64,000 nucleotides of DNA, taken from NCBI GenBank assembly GCA_000165345.1, contig CM000434.1, positions 928,001-992,000 of the forward strand. The letters run 5' to 3'. Both the position numbers and the translations under genes were made by a program. The notes beneath the pieces were generated by a model. That model was not told the origin of the DNA, did not search any database, and was given only the letters and a program-made list of their open reading frames with translations. Every line of letters begins with the position of its first letter. Position 1 is the first letter of the stretch. Of this stretch, positions 41,601 through 50,279 are shown piece by piece.

Positions 41601-43609
41601 CTTGCATCAATACACTTGTTCTGAAGCTCATGAGCTATATAAGAGTCTGTACAACTGCTTACATTCTCTGTTAAGTATACTTGGGTATCTGCATCTAATA
41701 AAGTTATCAATTCTAATACATATCTTGTATCAGGATGATCAAATCCTAAGTTCTCTCTTCTATATTTATAAACCTCATTATAAAGCTCTAAAGCATATCT
41801 AAAGTTTCCAGCCTGGTGAAAAATACATCCCAAAGCTAGTATATTGTCTTGTACTAATGGAAACTCTCTGTTATTGTAGATCCTCATTAACATATCTAAA
41901 GCTACCATTATATGTTGTACTCCTTGTCTACAATCTCCAAGTAATCGATAAACTAATCCCAAATTTGAATAGCAATCAGCTACACGAGGATGAGGTGGAT
42001 TCTTATTATGATCTCCCAGAACCTGTTTTCTGATTTCCAGACAATTATGTAACATTTCCTTACATTTTTCAAAATTCTTTATTCTGAAATAGTAACTTGC
42101 TGCTGTAGAGTATGCATCACTCATAACTAAGTCTCCTGAACCATAAACTTCATTTACTAATGAAAGATATTTTTCAAGGTAAAATGCTGATGATGTATGA
42201 TCTCTATACATACTACATAGATCAGAGACTGTTAGTACCAGACTACATAATACTGAAGAATCACATGAAACTGATGGTCCTACAGCTGTAACATTTTGAG
42301 TTGAACCTCCAGATCCTGATAAATTTGAGATATTGCTAATATGAGAAGAATCATTTTTTGCATTTTTATTCTCAGAATTGCGATCTGCAACAGCTAAGAT
42401 GGTATTTTCCACAAGAAATCGAAGCTCTTTAAGATATTGTTCTCCTTTACGTAATTCTCCTGTTAAACCACAACATTTAGCAATAATGATTAATTCTACA
42501 ACCATTATACCTTCTAATGGGTGTCCAAGGTACTTGGATAGAAAAGCTCGAGATATTTCATAACAATGTAAAGCATTCAGCATGGCATCTGAGTATTGAG
42601 CTTTCAAAAACTTCTCTAAAGCTGAGCTTCTTAGTCTTTGAATGATTCTTTGAATTTCATGTATTTCTCCATCTCCACGTGATTCTTCAAGACGTTGTAA
42701 AAGAAGAAGGGAATCTGTCATAATTTCAAACTTCTCATTAACAATTTGAGGTCTGGCTTTTGTTGTTTGTCCAAATAAGAGATTATTCTTTTCAGAAGTT
42801 GTTAGTGTAAAGTGTCTACTTGCAAACTCTTCTTTAAATGTTTGACTTAAAGCTGCTAGTGAGTGTTCAGCAGCTTCTGTTAATGCTGGATCCAATACAC
42901 TTACGTGTAGATTAAACATATCATCTTCTCTTTGAGAAATTCGAGCATTTCTTCCTTCTTTTTTTTTCAAGTTACTTTTTCCAGGAGCTTTATCTTGGAA
43001 AAGTAGACGTTTAATAGGGCCAACATCAAAAGGAAGAGTTGATTCAACAAAGGTACTTCTATTACTTAATTCTGAGTAACGTCCATCTTTAGAGAGATTG
43101 TTCTTCAATAGTTTAGATTCACCATTAATAGTGGTTGCAGTAGAAGATGCTCCTGTTGAGCTGGAAGGTAGACTACTAGCTTTGGAATCTTTACTTATAC
43201 TTTTCAGAACAGTTTTTGCTGAGGCTGGCTTTGATGGTACGCTTACTGGAGGAGCGTGACCATTGGATACTGGTGTATCATTTAAAGGTTCTGATGAATT
43301 TTTAGGTATTGGGGCCTTTGGGGCTGGTTTTAATGCAGTAGGAGGTCCTTTTGAGACCTTTGGACCAGGAGGAGAGGGTGATGGAGAAGCTGACTTTGGT
43401 GGAGGTGGTGTTGATGGTTTTGGTGGAGGTGGGGATGATGGTTTTGGTGGAGGAGATTCTGAAAGGTTTGGAGAAGGAGTTGAAGATAATTTTGAAGGTG
43501 GTGGAATTTTCGTTGCTGGTTTCCCTCCAAGTGGTTTAGCAGGGGGAGGCGGTTTTTTTCCACCAGGAGGAGAAAGAGGAGCCTTGCCTGGCACACCCAA
43601 TTTTTTCAT
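38693..43609 (-). CDS. Formin (FH1 poly-Pro/Gly region plus FH2 domain) with a Pro-rich N-terminus and a TPR-like helical-repeat region (1638 aa)
   Basis: FH1: GAPPAKGAPPAKGTPPAKGKGPPGKGKGPPGGKGPPGGKGPPGGKGPPTGKGPP. It is followed immediately by FH2 (KKLHWDKVENIQGTIWD..., MQILPDSKRAYNISIALSKF, GNVLNLNTEKGEAKGFRMSSLSKL). The N-terminal region has TPR-like repeats (ADCYSNLGLVYRLLGDCRQGVQHIMVALDMLMRIY) and a PPPPKPSTPPPPK tract. Confidence 0.85.
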   Translation of the reverse strand: MKKLGVPGKAPLSPPGGKKPPPPAKPLGGKPATKIPPPSKLSSTPSPNLSESPPPKPSSPPPPKPSTPPPPKSASPSPSPPGPKVSKGPPTALKPAPKAPIPKNSSEPLNDTPVSNGHAPPVSVPSKPASAKTVLKSISKDSKASSLPSSSTGASSTATTINGESKLLKNNLSKDGRYSELSNRSTFVESTLPFDVGPIKRLLFQDKAPGKSNLKKKEGRNARISQREDDMFNLHVSVLDPALTEAAEHSLAALSQTFKEEFASRHFTLTTSEKNNLLFGQTTKARPQIVNEKFEIMTDSLLLLQRLEESRGDGEIHEIQRIIQRLRSSALEKFLKAQYSDAMLNALHCYEISRAFLSKYLGHPLEGIMVVELIIIAKCCGLTGELRKGEQYLKELRFLVENTILAVADRNSENKNAKNDSSHISNISNLSGSGGSTQNVTAVGPSVSCDSSVLCSLVLTVSDLCSMYRDHTSSAFYLEKYLSLVNEVYGSGDLVMSDAYSTAASYYFRIKNFEKCKEMLHNCLEIRKQVLGDHNKNPPHPRVADCYSNLGLVYRLLGDCRQGVQHIMVALDMLMRIYNNREFPLVQDNILALGCIFHQAGNFRYALELYNEVYKYRRENLGFDHPDTRYVLELITLLDADTQVYLTENVSSCTDSYIAHELQNKCIDARESLESRAERSLKEIITDTLGKSSKLTRIMYEESPLLASPICPSIDQLRYRQLETFLFDPKNLRGLNRSTPFSNNQTQQLLCTSRIRALHGESFQSMTVSSTAILPHLKVRITGPDYLGVSTMLSLPPFSKTERKKLPIINIPKLTRGFPVMGEQSVTMMINEEAQTVLEKWEIPEPCITPEGKLLTQIEKDESTGLPFYLPLVDYAGKEEMKAYFKESIWIPNALIPLVRQRNKDKEEAKQVKVTQTQIVGIDQQLPPDDILAKIKGAKPDVEESGNERLACISFLDDGGNVVTKLPYVIDLEPFVCASTRIALTASAKWGLPSPDSQGVIELLKGSGVGALISSMIQYKPSDGGVYTGIVGAGVKSGKALSGLLDGIGKMDNIINKSPPPQAKEGAPTEPKAEPAEAKGAPPAKGAPPAKGTPPAKGKGPPGKGKGPPGGKGPPGGKGPPGGKGPPTGKGPPKGKAGKFGGKTGSKPSGPESKTKKLHWDKVENIQGTIWDIKEPIKLDFGNLEEVFGIESAKPKKATEATKKPKVMQILPDSKRAYNISIALSKFSAYTFQQLRDAILDLDKKILDTEATEALILMTPTPEEFAIVKEYIDAGGDLTQLDKPEQFIAAMIGIPMFGARLNAQLFILSFDNSFNELMTPLQEIITVCNEIKTNSKLKKVFSIILSVGNVLNLNTEKGEAKGFRMSSLSKLCEVRSSTKPIKTLLQYITEIIWRDKPELLSLAEPLALVEKAAKCDLGAIEGEIQSLNGSLNKVTDTMKSAQKSNERAGPMGEKDPIAKILADFVSDTEPRIEDLVATMKSVKENLEKMALYLGEPQNTIQRIVWPDYFRVLWNFISSVDLVRKTKLDEERRLKQKQENLAKREKSASTVKLKLSEKKSVSQPKRGTTESRPTLQKQKLTVNMAPKANAVKTSKLDEMASWFANEGEVQTPAFLQEVSNQADDTNVALTDLDIDVDLW
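40325..40380 (-). repeat. GC-rich 18-bp tandem repeat (gccctttgccggtggcgc x approximately 2.5) inside the formin FH1 coding region
   Basis: ggcggcgtgccctttgccggtggcgcgccctttgccggtggcgcgccctttgc. This local GC island in an AT-rich genome encodes (GAPPAK)3 on the minus strand. Confidence 0.85.
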
Positions 43610-44286
43610 AGTTGAATAATTTTTTTCTGTTTAAATATTAGTTAATTTAGACCTATTTGAGTATAACTCTTTAATTCTTTTCATTTATTGATTCTTTTTT
43701 TTTTTGACTCAGAGTTTTCCCAATCTAGAAAAGGGTCTAGATTGACATTTTCTTTCAATATTGAAGAAAAAAGCGTTATTCTTTGTAATTTGTTAGTTTT
43801 TTAATTTAGGGAATCTTAAAAATATCCACAAGAAATTTAAAAATAAAGAAAAAAAGAAAATGCACCCCTATCTCTGTGGTTTTTATAATTTTAAAATTTG
43901 TTGGGTATTTCCAGAAAATTTTCACCAGAGTTAGGGGTACTAATATATCTACATGCACACAAAGATATTATTGGTGTATTTTGGGAAAAAAAACAACAAA
44001 TATTTTTTTTGACAAGTTTTAGTGTTTGTTTTACTTTGAATTTTTACTATTGTATGTTCTTATTATCTTCTTTGTTAATTTCTATATCTTATAATTTTTT
44101 TTTTTGTAATTCAAAAACACATTTTAATTTATTTACAAATATGACGTGTGTGCATGGTAAGAAATTTATTGGGAATATTAATTTTTAAATTAATATGTTA
44201 AATGGAAAATATATTTAAAGAGAAATGAGAATAAAAGTAAAAAATTAATACATTTTTTTTTTAGATAAAAATATGAAATAGGATAA

Positions 44287-45310
44287 TTATCTAACAAGTT
44301 CCTTTAAAAAATGTTCGTAGTTAAATCCTCCATCATTAGATGGGAAATCCCTAATTAAAAAAAATAGTAAAAATGTTAAAAGCAGGTTGGGGGAGGCTGT
44401 TTGCATGCATTTACTTGCATGGCAAATTATCACTATACCGGCGTACATGCAAGATGTACAAATAGGCGGCATATGGCACGTATTGAAATATATGAACTTA
44501 CTTTAAAAGTATTTCAATTTCTTTATTGGTTAAAACTTCTCCTGTATTAGTTAATAGAGAAGTCAGCTGCTGGCTAGTGATTGATCCAGAGTTCTGTAAT
44601 ATTGGAAGAAATTGATGAATTAGAAATAATATTATAAATAGAAAATGGAGAAGTGGCACAAAGTATATTGAACTTACATTTGAGTCATACGATCTGAAAA
44701 ATTGAACTAGATTTTCAAAAGTGTCTTCTGGATGTACAATAGAATCACAAAATTTTACAAAAGCTTGTAAATCACATGTTTGACCAACACTTGCGACAAA
44801 TCTCTGGACTTCGCTTTCAGATGGCGCTAATCCCTAAAATTAGGAATAAAAGTGATGTTTAATTAATAATAAAAATGGAGTGGAAAACTGACCATTCTTC
44901 TAACAATTTCTCCAATTTTATTGGTTTGAATGGTTGGACCTCCTCCCTATAGTTTAAAAGAGAATAATGGTATTAAAAGATGATATTAAAGATTGCTTGG
45001 GATTAGGAGTTGGGGTTAATATGGCGGAGTAATGCATTTATTTCTCCATTTTACATATCCCAAGGATGACTTGGTAAAAGCTTAACTTACAGCAGCATCT
45101 CTGAATGAAAATTCAATTCTCTCTTTGGACTATAAATATGAAAAAAGAATTAATTTATTTGCAAAAAAAAAAAAAATTAAGTAATGATAATTAATAGTTA
45201 GTCATTTCTATGAGATTCAAGTTTCTTCCCTAGTTTCTCAAAATTCACTAAAGGAAGAAAAAATGGATGGAGCGTAACAATCAAAAGAACTTACAATCTT
45301 GAAAGGTGGC
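44287..45310 (-). CDS. Calmodulin-like / myosin light-chain-like EF-hand protein. Six exons on the minus strand: 45293..45310, 45089..45127, 44893..44946, 44678..44833, 44502..44593, 44287..44350 (140 aa).
   Basis: Hand-spliced translation: MPPFKI|SKERIEFSFRDAA|GGGPTIQTNKIGEIVRRM|GLAPSESEVQRFVASVGQTCDLQAFVKFCDSIVHPEDTFENLVQFFRSYDSN|NSGSITSQQLTSLLTNTGEVLTNKEIEILLK|DFPSNDGGFNYEHFLKELVR*. It aligns with calmodulin ([40 protein letters not shown]...). Donors are GTAAGT x4 and GTCAGT x1, acceptors TAG/CAG, and the frame is maintained across all junctions. Only the last exon appears in the ORF track (44287..44472). Confidence 0.7.
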
Positions 45311-45522
45311 ATCTAAATAACTGTATATAATTATTTTGCTTGCGATCTTCACACAAAATTGATAATCTATAAATTGTCTTTTTTTTTTAACTAAAATAAT
45401 TTGCTCTTGAATTTTTTCCCTCTTTATTTTTCATGCGCTTTTTTCTCTGTATAATAAAATCTTTATTTTATTTATTTCAAATATGCCGCCTTTTATTTCA
45501 CGACCAAATGGCAAAGCAGATA

Positions 45523-45558
45523 AAGGCGGGACTTTAGGGCGGGCAAATGTGCATGTTG
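45523..45558. promoter_or_regulatory. Divergent promoter between the two EF-hand genes: two GGCGGG boxes plus GTGCATG
   Basis: aaaggcgggac at 45523-45533 and tttagggcgggcaaatgtgcatgttg at 45534-45559, between the minus-strand ATG at 45310 and the plus-strand ATG at 45878. Confidence 0.5.
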
Positions 45559-45877
45559 AATCTTGTAATGTAAATTTTTCGATACCTTCGAAGTTAAAGA
45601 TTTAATAAAAATAAAAAAATTGTGAGGAATTTCAAAAAAAGAAAATTAAGCAAGAGTTAGAATTTAAATTGTTAAGATAAGAAGAATTTGTGACTGTAAT
45701 TGTTAAATATTGAGATACTGAACCTTTTATTTCTGAGAATTATTAAAGTGTAAGTGTGAGTTAATTTAGGGGACATTGATCAAAGAAAAAAAAGTATTGG
45801 CAAAACTGTTGTAATTGGGTTATTTAAATTTATTCATTTTTTTCTAAAAAAGGAGATTTAAAGTAAGAAAAGTAGAA

Positions 45878-46966
45878 ATGATTTCATTATTAAATGGAAC
45901 AGGATGTGTTTCTTGTACTTCTGGGTGCAAGGTTGTAATTGATGACTACAAAACTACAGGAAGAATAGAATATGGTGTATTTGTAGGATATTATTCTGAA
46001 AGTGAAGAAAGTGATTATGATGAATCAGATGTTGTTACTTTAGATAAGAAGCCTTCAAATATCCAAGATTCATCAAGTGCTGAAGCAGTCTCTATTGAAG
46101 ATGAATTAGAAGAAGGTGAAGCTGATATTATTAGAGAAATGTTTGATAATGCTTCATCTGGAGGAGAATGTTCATTAGATCAGACATGCCATTTAGCACA
46201 TAGAATGGGTCTAGCACCTTCTAAATCAGATCTTGAACAACTTAACGAAGAAACTGGTGGAAAAGTAACTTATGAAGATTTTGAAAGGTGGATTATGTCA
46301 ATTACACATCCAGAAGACCATATTGATTATATGGTTTCATACTTCAGAAAGTACGATTTGAGAGGAAATGGCAAGATTTCAAGACAGCAATTCATTTGGT
46401 TAACAAGTATTGGCGGTGATATTCTTACCAGAGAAGAAGCTGAAGCTATTCTTGATAAGTTGTCCATTGGAGGAGATGTGTACTATGAAGATTTACTCAG
46501 AAAAATTATGGATGTCGAAGCTTCTGATAAGCCTATGGTAAATATTGGAAACAAGAAATCAACGCCTACAAAAATGCCAACAACTAAAGTACTTGTGACA
46601 CAAGTTTCGACTACCATAAGAGATTTAGCTGATAATGAAGCATTCCTTCCTACTATTGATCTTCTTATGGCTTTAAAAGCAACCTATGGAAATGAATTAA
46701 CTGAAGCAGCTGCAAAAGAAGCCACAGATTGTTGTGAAAATCAGGATGAAGCTGCTAAATGTTTACAAGAATTCTACTCAGAGTGGGCACAAAATAAAGG
46801 TATGGTTTCTAGAAAAATTGTTAGAAGTCTACTTATGGTCTGGAAGGCTAAGTTAGACCAGGTTAGTGCTGAGGCTTGGATTACAAGCTTATGTGGAACC
46901 GATGAAAATATTGATATTCAAAGTGTTTTGAACAAGGTAGAATGCAAAACTAACGAGATAAACTAA
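45878..46966 (+). CDS. EF-hand domain protein (362 aa) with a central four-EF-hand calmodulin-like module; paralog of the adjacent multi-exon gene
   Basis: Shared blocks with the neighbouring gene: HRMGLAPSKSDLEQL vs RRMGLAPSESEVQRF, and SITHPEDHIDYMVSYFRKYD vs SIVHPEDTFENLVQFFRSYD. An EF-hand-loop-like DLRGNGKISRQQF is present. Intronless, with N- and C-terminal extensions. Confidence 0.65.
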   Translation: MISLLNGTGCVSCTSGCKVVIDDYKTTGRIEYGVFVGYYSESEESDYDESDVVTLDKKPSNIQDSSSAEAVSIEDELEEGEADIIREMFDNASSGGECSLDQTCHLAHRMGLAPSKSDLEQLNEETGGKVTYEDFERWIMSITHPEDHIDYMVSYFRKYDLRGNGKISRQQFIWLTSIGGDILTREEAEAILDKLSIGGDVYYEDLLRKIMDVEASDKPMVNIGNKKSTPTKMPTTKVLVTQVSTTIRDLADNEAFLPTIDLLMALKATYGNELTEAAAKEATDCCENQDEAAKCLQEFYSEWAQNKGMVSRKIVRSLLMVWKAKLDQVSAEAWITSLCGTDENIDIQSVLNKVECKTNEIN

Positions 46967-47080
46967 CTTGGAATATTTTAGCATTTTTTTCTTCATAAAT
47001 CTAAAACCTACTTATCCCTTTTTCAAAATCAATATAATCCAATTTTCCATTTTCCCCTTTTCTTACTTATAATTAAATTC

Positions 47081-47152
47081 TGCATGCATGCAATTAATAT
47101 TTTTTTTTAAAATTTGTGCAAATATTAACATATACCGGAGATTAGGCGCCAA
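47081..47152. promoter_or_regulatory. Promoter motif cluster upstream of the 47265 gene: TGCATGCATGCAAT, TATACCGG, GGCGCCAA
   Basis: tgcatgcatgcaat at 47081-47094, tataccgg at 47131-47138, ggcgccaa at 47145-47152, about 110-180 bp upstream of the ATG. Confidence 0.5.
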
Positions 47153-47264
47153 CTTATTTAATTTTTCTAATTAAATTTCTTGAATATTCAAAGAATATTG
47201 GGGTTTGAAAGTAAAAAATTAAGTTATCTAAGAACAAATAGTAATTATTTGTTCTAGATATAAA

Positions 47265-50200
47265 ATGAATGGAGGATTTAGGGGGAGAAACCATAATGTA
47301 ACAGAAGATCATTTGAATTACAATATACCAAATAACTCTATACAACCACAATATGTGAATGGCACGTCAACCCATGCTCTTGGAATCCAAGAAGCAACTA
47401 ATCTTACAAATTTAAGGGGAAATTTTATGGGGAATGATGGTTCTGACTATATTCCAGTTCAATTAAGAGCTGCTAATACTAATTTAAATACCAATCATTC
47501 CATTAGTCAGAATGTAAACCAGACAACCTATGGACAAAATCTCTATGATATTAATAGAAACGCTCCTGGACAAATGGGAACAAAGAGCTTTGGAGGATCA
47601 AGAATGGGAGTTGCTCAATCTAAGGGGATGGCTCACACTCAGCAAATTGGTATGCAGTATGGTGATTCTATGCAAAATGGGAATCAAGGCGCCAATATTG
47701 GAGCCATGCATGACTCTAATATTGCTTCTTATGGTGTTGCAGAAATGAGTTATAGGAGTGGAAATAGCAGTAGTAGTATTGGTAGTCAGGGTGTACATAA
47801 TAACATTGATTCCTCTGCTAATACTCAAAATGTCGATATCCACGATATTTCTATCCAGAATTCCTATATGAGTTCACAATCACAACCTAGAACAGTATCA
47901 AAATCGAGATCCATATCACATACTAGAACACAATCTCAGCCTGTAGCTATGGTTCATCAGCACCAATATCAACAACAACAGCAGCAACAGGTTCAACACC
48001 TTAATCATCAACAATACTTTCACTCTCAACAACAGCAGCAGCAGCGTATGCAGACCTTTTCTCAGTCTCAGACTCAGAACCAGACCCAAACTAAGACTCA
48101 GGCCCAAATCCATTCTCAGTCTCATTCCCAATCCCATGTTAAAGCCCCAAATCAGACTCAAACTCAAACTCAGGTTCATTCTCAAACCCAAATCCTATCT
48201 CAATCCCAGCCTCAATCTCGCTCTCATCTTCAGTCTCAGAGTTTGCCAGGTCCACAGTCCCAGACTTATTTTAGCCATACTCAGCCAAATAACAACATGC
48301 AGCCTCCTTCTCACCCGAGAACTCAACCATTACCACATCCCTACTCCCAAGGAAACCCAGGACATCAAGTATCATCTCAAAACTTCTCCAGTTCAAGCAT
48401 TCATCCAAATTTAGTATCAGCTCAAGGATCTCACGCACAAAAAAACTTCCAAAGCTTTTCATCTTCTAATATTAATCAGAGACAAATTGGAGACAATTTG
48501 AAAAATCCAAACCATGGAATTAATGTTGGACCTAATTCTATTTATACAAAAATAGATGATACCGGGGTGGGAACATCAGGAGTAGGAGGCAGTCAGTATA
48601 GGTCGAAGCCTTACTCTCAACAGAGTAATAAATACACTCATCAGCAACAAATGAATCCAGTAAACTCAATATTGCATCCAAACTATTCTCAATCTTACTC
48701 ACAGGGTTCTTCATCTAATTTAGGTGGATTGACAGAGACAGATTCTAAGACAATGTCACAATATATATCAACAATTGGATACAAGACAAGTAACATAGAT
48801 TTGGGAGTTTGTAGCTTTCAAGTCAACGTTCCAAACAATATTTCAGATGAATTAAGAAATTCTATTATTAGATTGGTTCCAAAAGAACAGCTCAACTCGG
48901 TATTTTTCCTTGTTTCATCATTAATTAGCAAGAGTATCAATTTTAGAGACTTTCATGTTCGTTTAATAGCTATTTTGAGGAGTAGTCAACTTGTTGAAAT
49001 TCTTGAAAATATGCTCAGAGATTACTTCCAACTAAGTACCTCTTCTTCAAATACAAATTACACTGGAATTGCTATTCATCAAGGTATCTCAGATTTAAGA
49101 GGTCAAATTTCTCATCCAATTACTACTAATAGCCAAGTTTCTGCAGGAAGATCTGACTATTTATTGGCATCACAATCTCAATACACATCTGGAATAGGCT
49201 CTAATAGTCAAATATATGATGGTACATTATTGAACTCTATGATTTCTCATGCTCACTCAAAAAAGTCTATTAGTAGACATGGAGGACATTATAATATGCA
49301 TGCAAAAGAGGATATATTATTACAGATGTTGAAACATGCAAGATCTAAATCTGTTGCAAGCTTTATAGGTATTGATATGACTGGACCTTCTTCTTATATT
49401 TCTAAAATAATCTCAAATAAAACTATACAAAACAAATCTATGGTATTGGAAGAAGAATCAATATCTCCAGAAACTCTTAATATTTATACGGAAAAACTTA
49501 ATAATTATGGTCGATACCTCCTTTCTTGTGATAGTTCACTTAACTTAGAATTTATGAATTCAAATCAACAATCTGTTACTTCTAAATTAGGGAAAATAGT
49601 TAAGTTTGGTACTCAGCCAGATTTAGAAAAATCAGTTTTCTCAAGTCAAGCAGTAAAGACAATCCATAAGTTAGCATCTTTCTATGTTAGGGATATACTG
49701 AAGTTCATCCTTAATGAGGAAAGTATAAGTAATGATAAGCTGAATGGTAAAGATCTTGAAGAAGAAGAAGAAGAAGAAGAAGAAAAAGGAAAAAAAAGGG
49801 AAGAGATACAACATAATCAAAGGGGACAAAGTGATCGTCAAATTATTGATGATCTGATTGGAAATAGTAATAGTATACAAGTTCAAAAAATGGAGAATTC
49901 AAAAACTGTTAGCCTTATATCTAAAGACTCAAGCTCTAATAATTCATGTAATTTTGGAATGGGTAAATCTATTGGAGGAAAAGGTCTGGGAATGAAGTTA
50001 ACTTTATCTGGTAACGTTTCCTCTGTAAAACCCATAATGATTACTAGTCTATGGTCATGTATATACAAATCCTTACGTTATAATATGAATAGATATAATG
50101 CATGCGAACCTAATGCTTTCCATAATATAATAATTAAGAATCGTCCAGGACATTCTAAAGAACAATGTTCGAATTATATTCTAATTCCAGAGTCAATGTA

Positions 50201-50267
50201 TAGAAGTGTTGAATCCTGGCTTCTTTCAAATGCTTATAATCAATGGGATAAACTTAGTATATTATAA
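47265..50267 (+). CDS. Gln/Ser/Asn-rich low-complexity protein (1000 aa), possibly a transcription-related factor
   Basis: Long ORF. The N-terminal half is polyQ and QSQ/QTQ repeats. A conserved-looking helical island (ISDELRNSIIRLVPKEQLNSVFFLVSSLISKSINFRDFHVRLIAILRSSQLVEILENMLRDYFQ) is weakly reminiscent of TAF4-type helical domains; this is not a confident assignment. Poly-E (GAA)n lies at about 49757-49781. Confidence 0.6.
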   Translation: MNGGFRGRNHNVTEDHLNYNIPNNSIQPQYVNGTSTHALGIQEATNLTNLRGNFMGNDGSDYIPVQLRAANTNLNTNHSISQNVNQTTYGQNLYDINRNAPGQMGTKSFGGSRMGVAQSKGMAHTQQIGMQYGDSMQNGNQGANIGAMHDSNIASYGVAEMSYRSGNSSSSIGSQGVHNNIDSSANTQNVDIHDISIQNSYMSSQSQPRTVSKSRSISHTRTQSQPVAMVHQHQYQQQQQQQVQHLNHQQYFHSQQQQQQRMQTFSQSQTQNQTQTKTQAQIHSQSHSQSHVKAPNQTQTQTQVHSQTQILSQSQPQSRSHLQSQSLPGPQSQTYFSHTQPNNNMQPPSHPRTQPLPHPYSQGNPGHQVSSQNFSSSSIHPNLVSAQGSHAQKNFQSFSSSNINQRQIGDNLKNPNHGINVGPNSIYTKIDDTGVGTSGVGGSQYRSKPYSQQSNKYTHQQQMNPVNSILHPNYSQSYSQGSSSNLGGLTETDSKTMSQYISTIGYKTSNIDLGVCSFQVNVPNNISDELRNSIIRLVPKEQLNSVFFLVSSLISKSINFRDFHVRLIAILRSSQLVEILENMLRDYFQLSTSSSNTNYTGIAIHQGISDLRGQISHPITTNSQVSAGRSDYLLASQSQYTSGIGSNSQIYDGTLLNSMISHAHSKKSISRHGGHYNMHAKEDILLQMLKHARSKSVASFIGIDMTGPSSYISKIISNKTIQNKSMVLEEESISPETLNIYTEKLNNYGRYLLSCDSSLNLEFMNSNQQSVTSKLGKIVKFGTQPDLEKSVFSSQAVKTIHKLASFYVRDILKFILNEESISNDKLNGKDLEEEEEEEEEKGKKREEIQHNQRGQSDRQIIDDLIGNSNSIQVQKMENSKTVSLISKDSSSNNSCNFGMGKSIGGKGLGMKLTLSGNVSSVKPIMITSLWSCIYKSLRYNMNRYNACEPNAFHNIIIKNRPGHSKEQCSNYILIPESMYRSVESWLLSNAYNQWDKLSIL

Positions 50268-50279
50268 GTAATTATTGTA

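Noticed and set aside
44287-44472. 61-aa minus-strand ORF as a stand-alone gene
   Set aside because: Its 3' part is the terminal exon of the six-exon calmodulin-like gene. The upstream part of this ORF is intron sequence read through to an arbitrary ATG.
47530-48462. Short ORFs 47530..47748, 47598..47843, 47916..48191, 48136..48414, 48271..48462
   Set aside because: Embedded in or antisense to the 1000-aa Q-rich gene. They are generated by the QSQ/QTQ repeat DNA.
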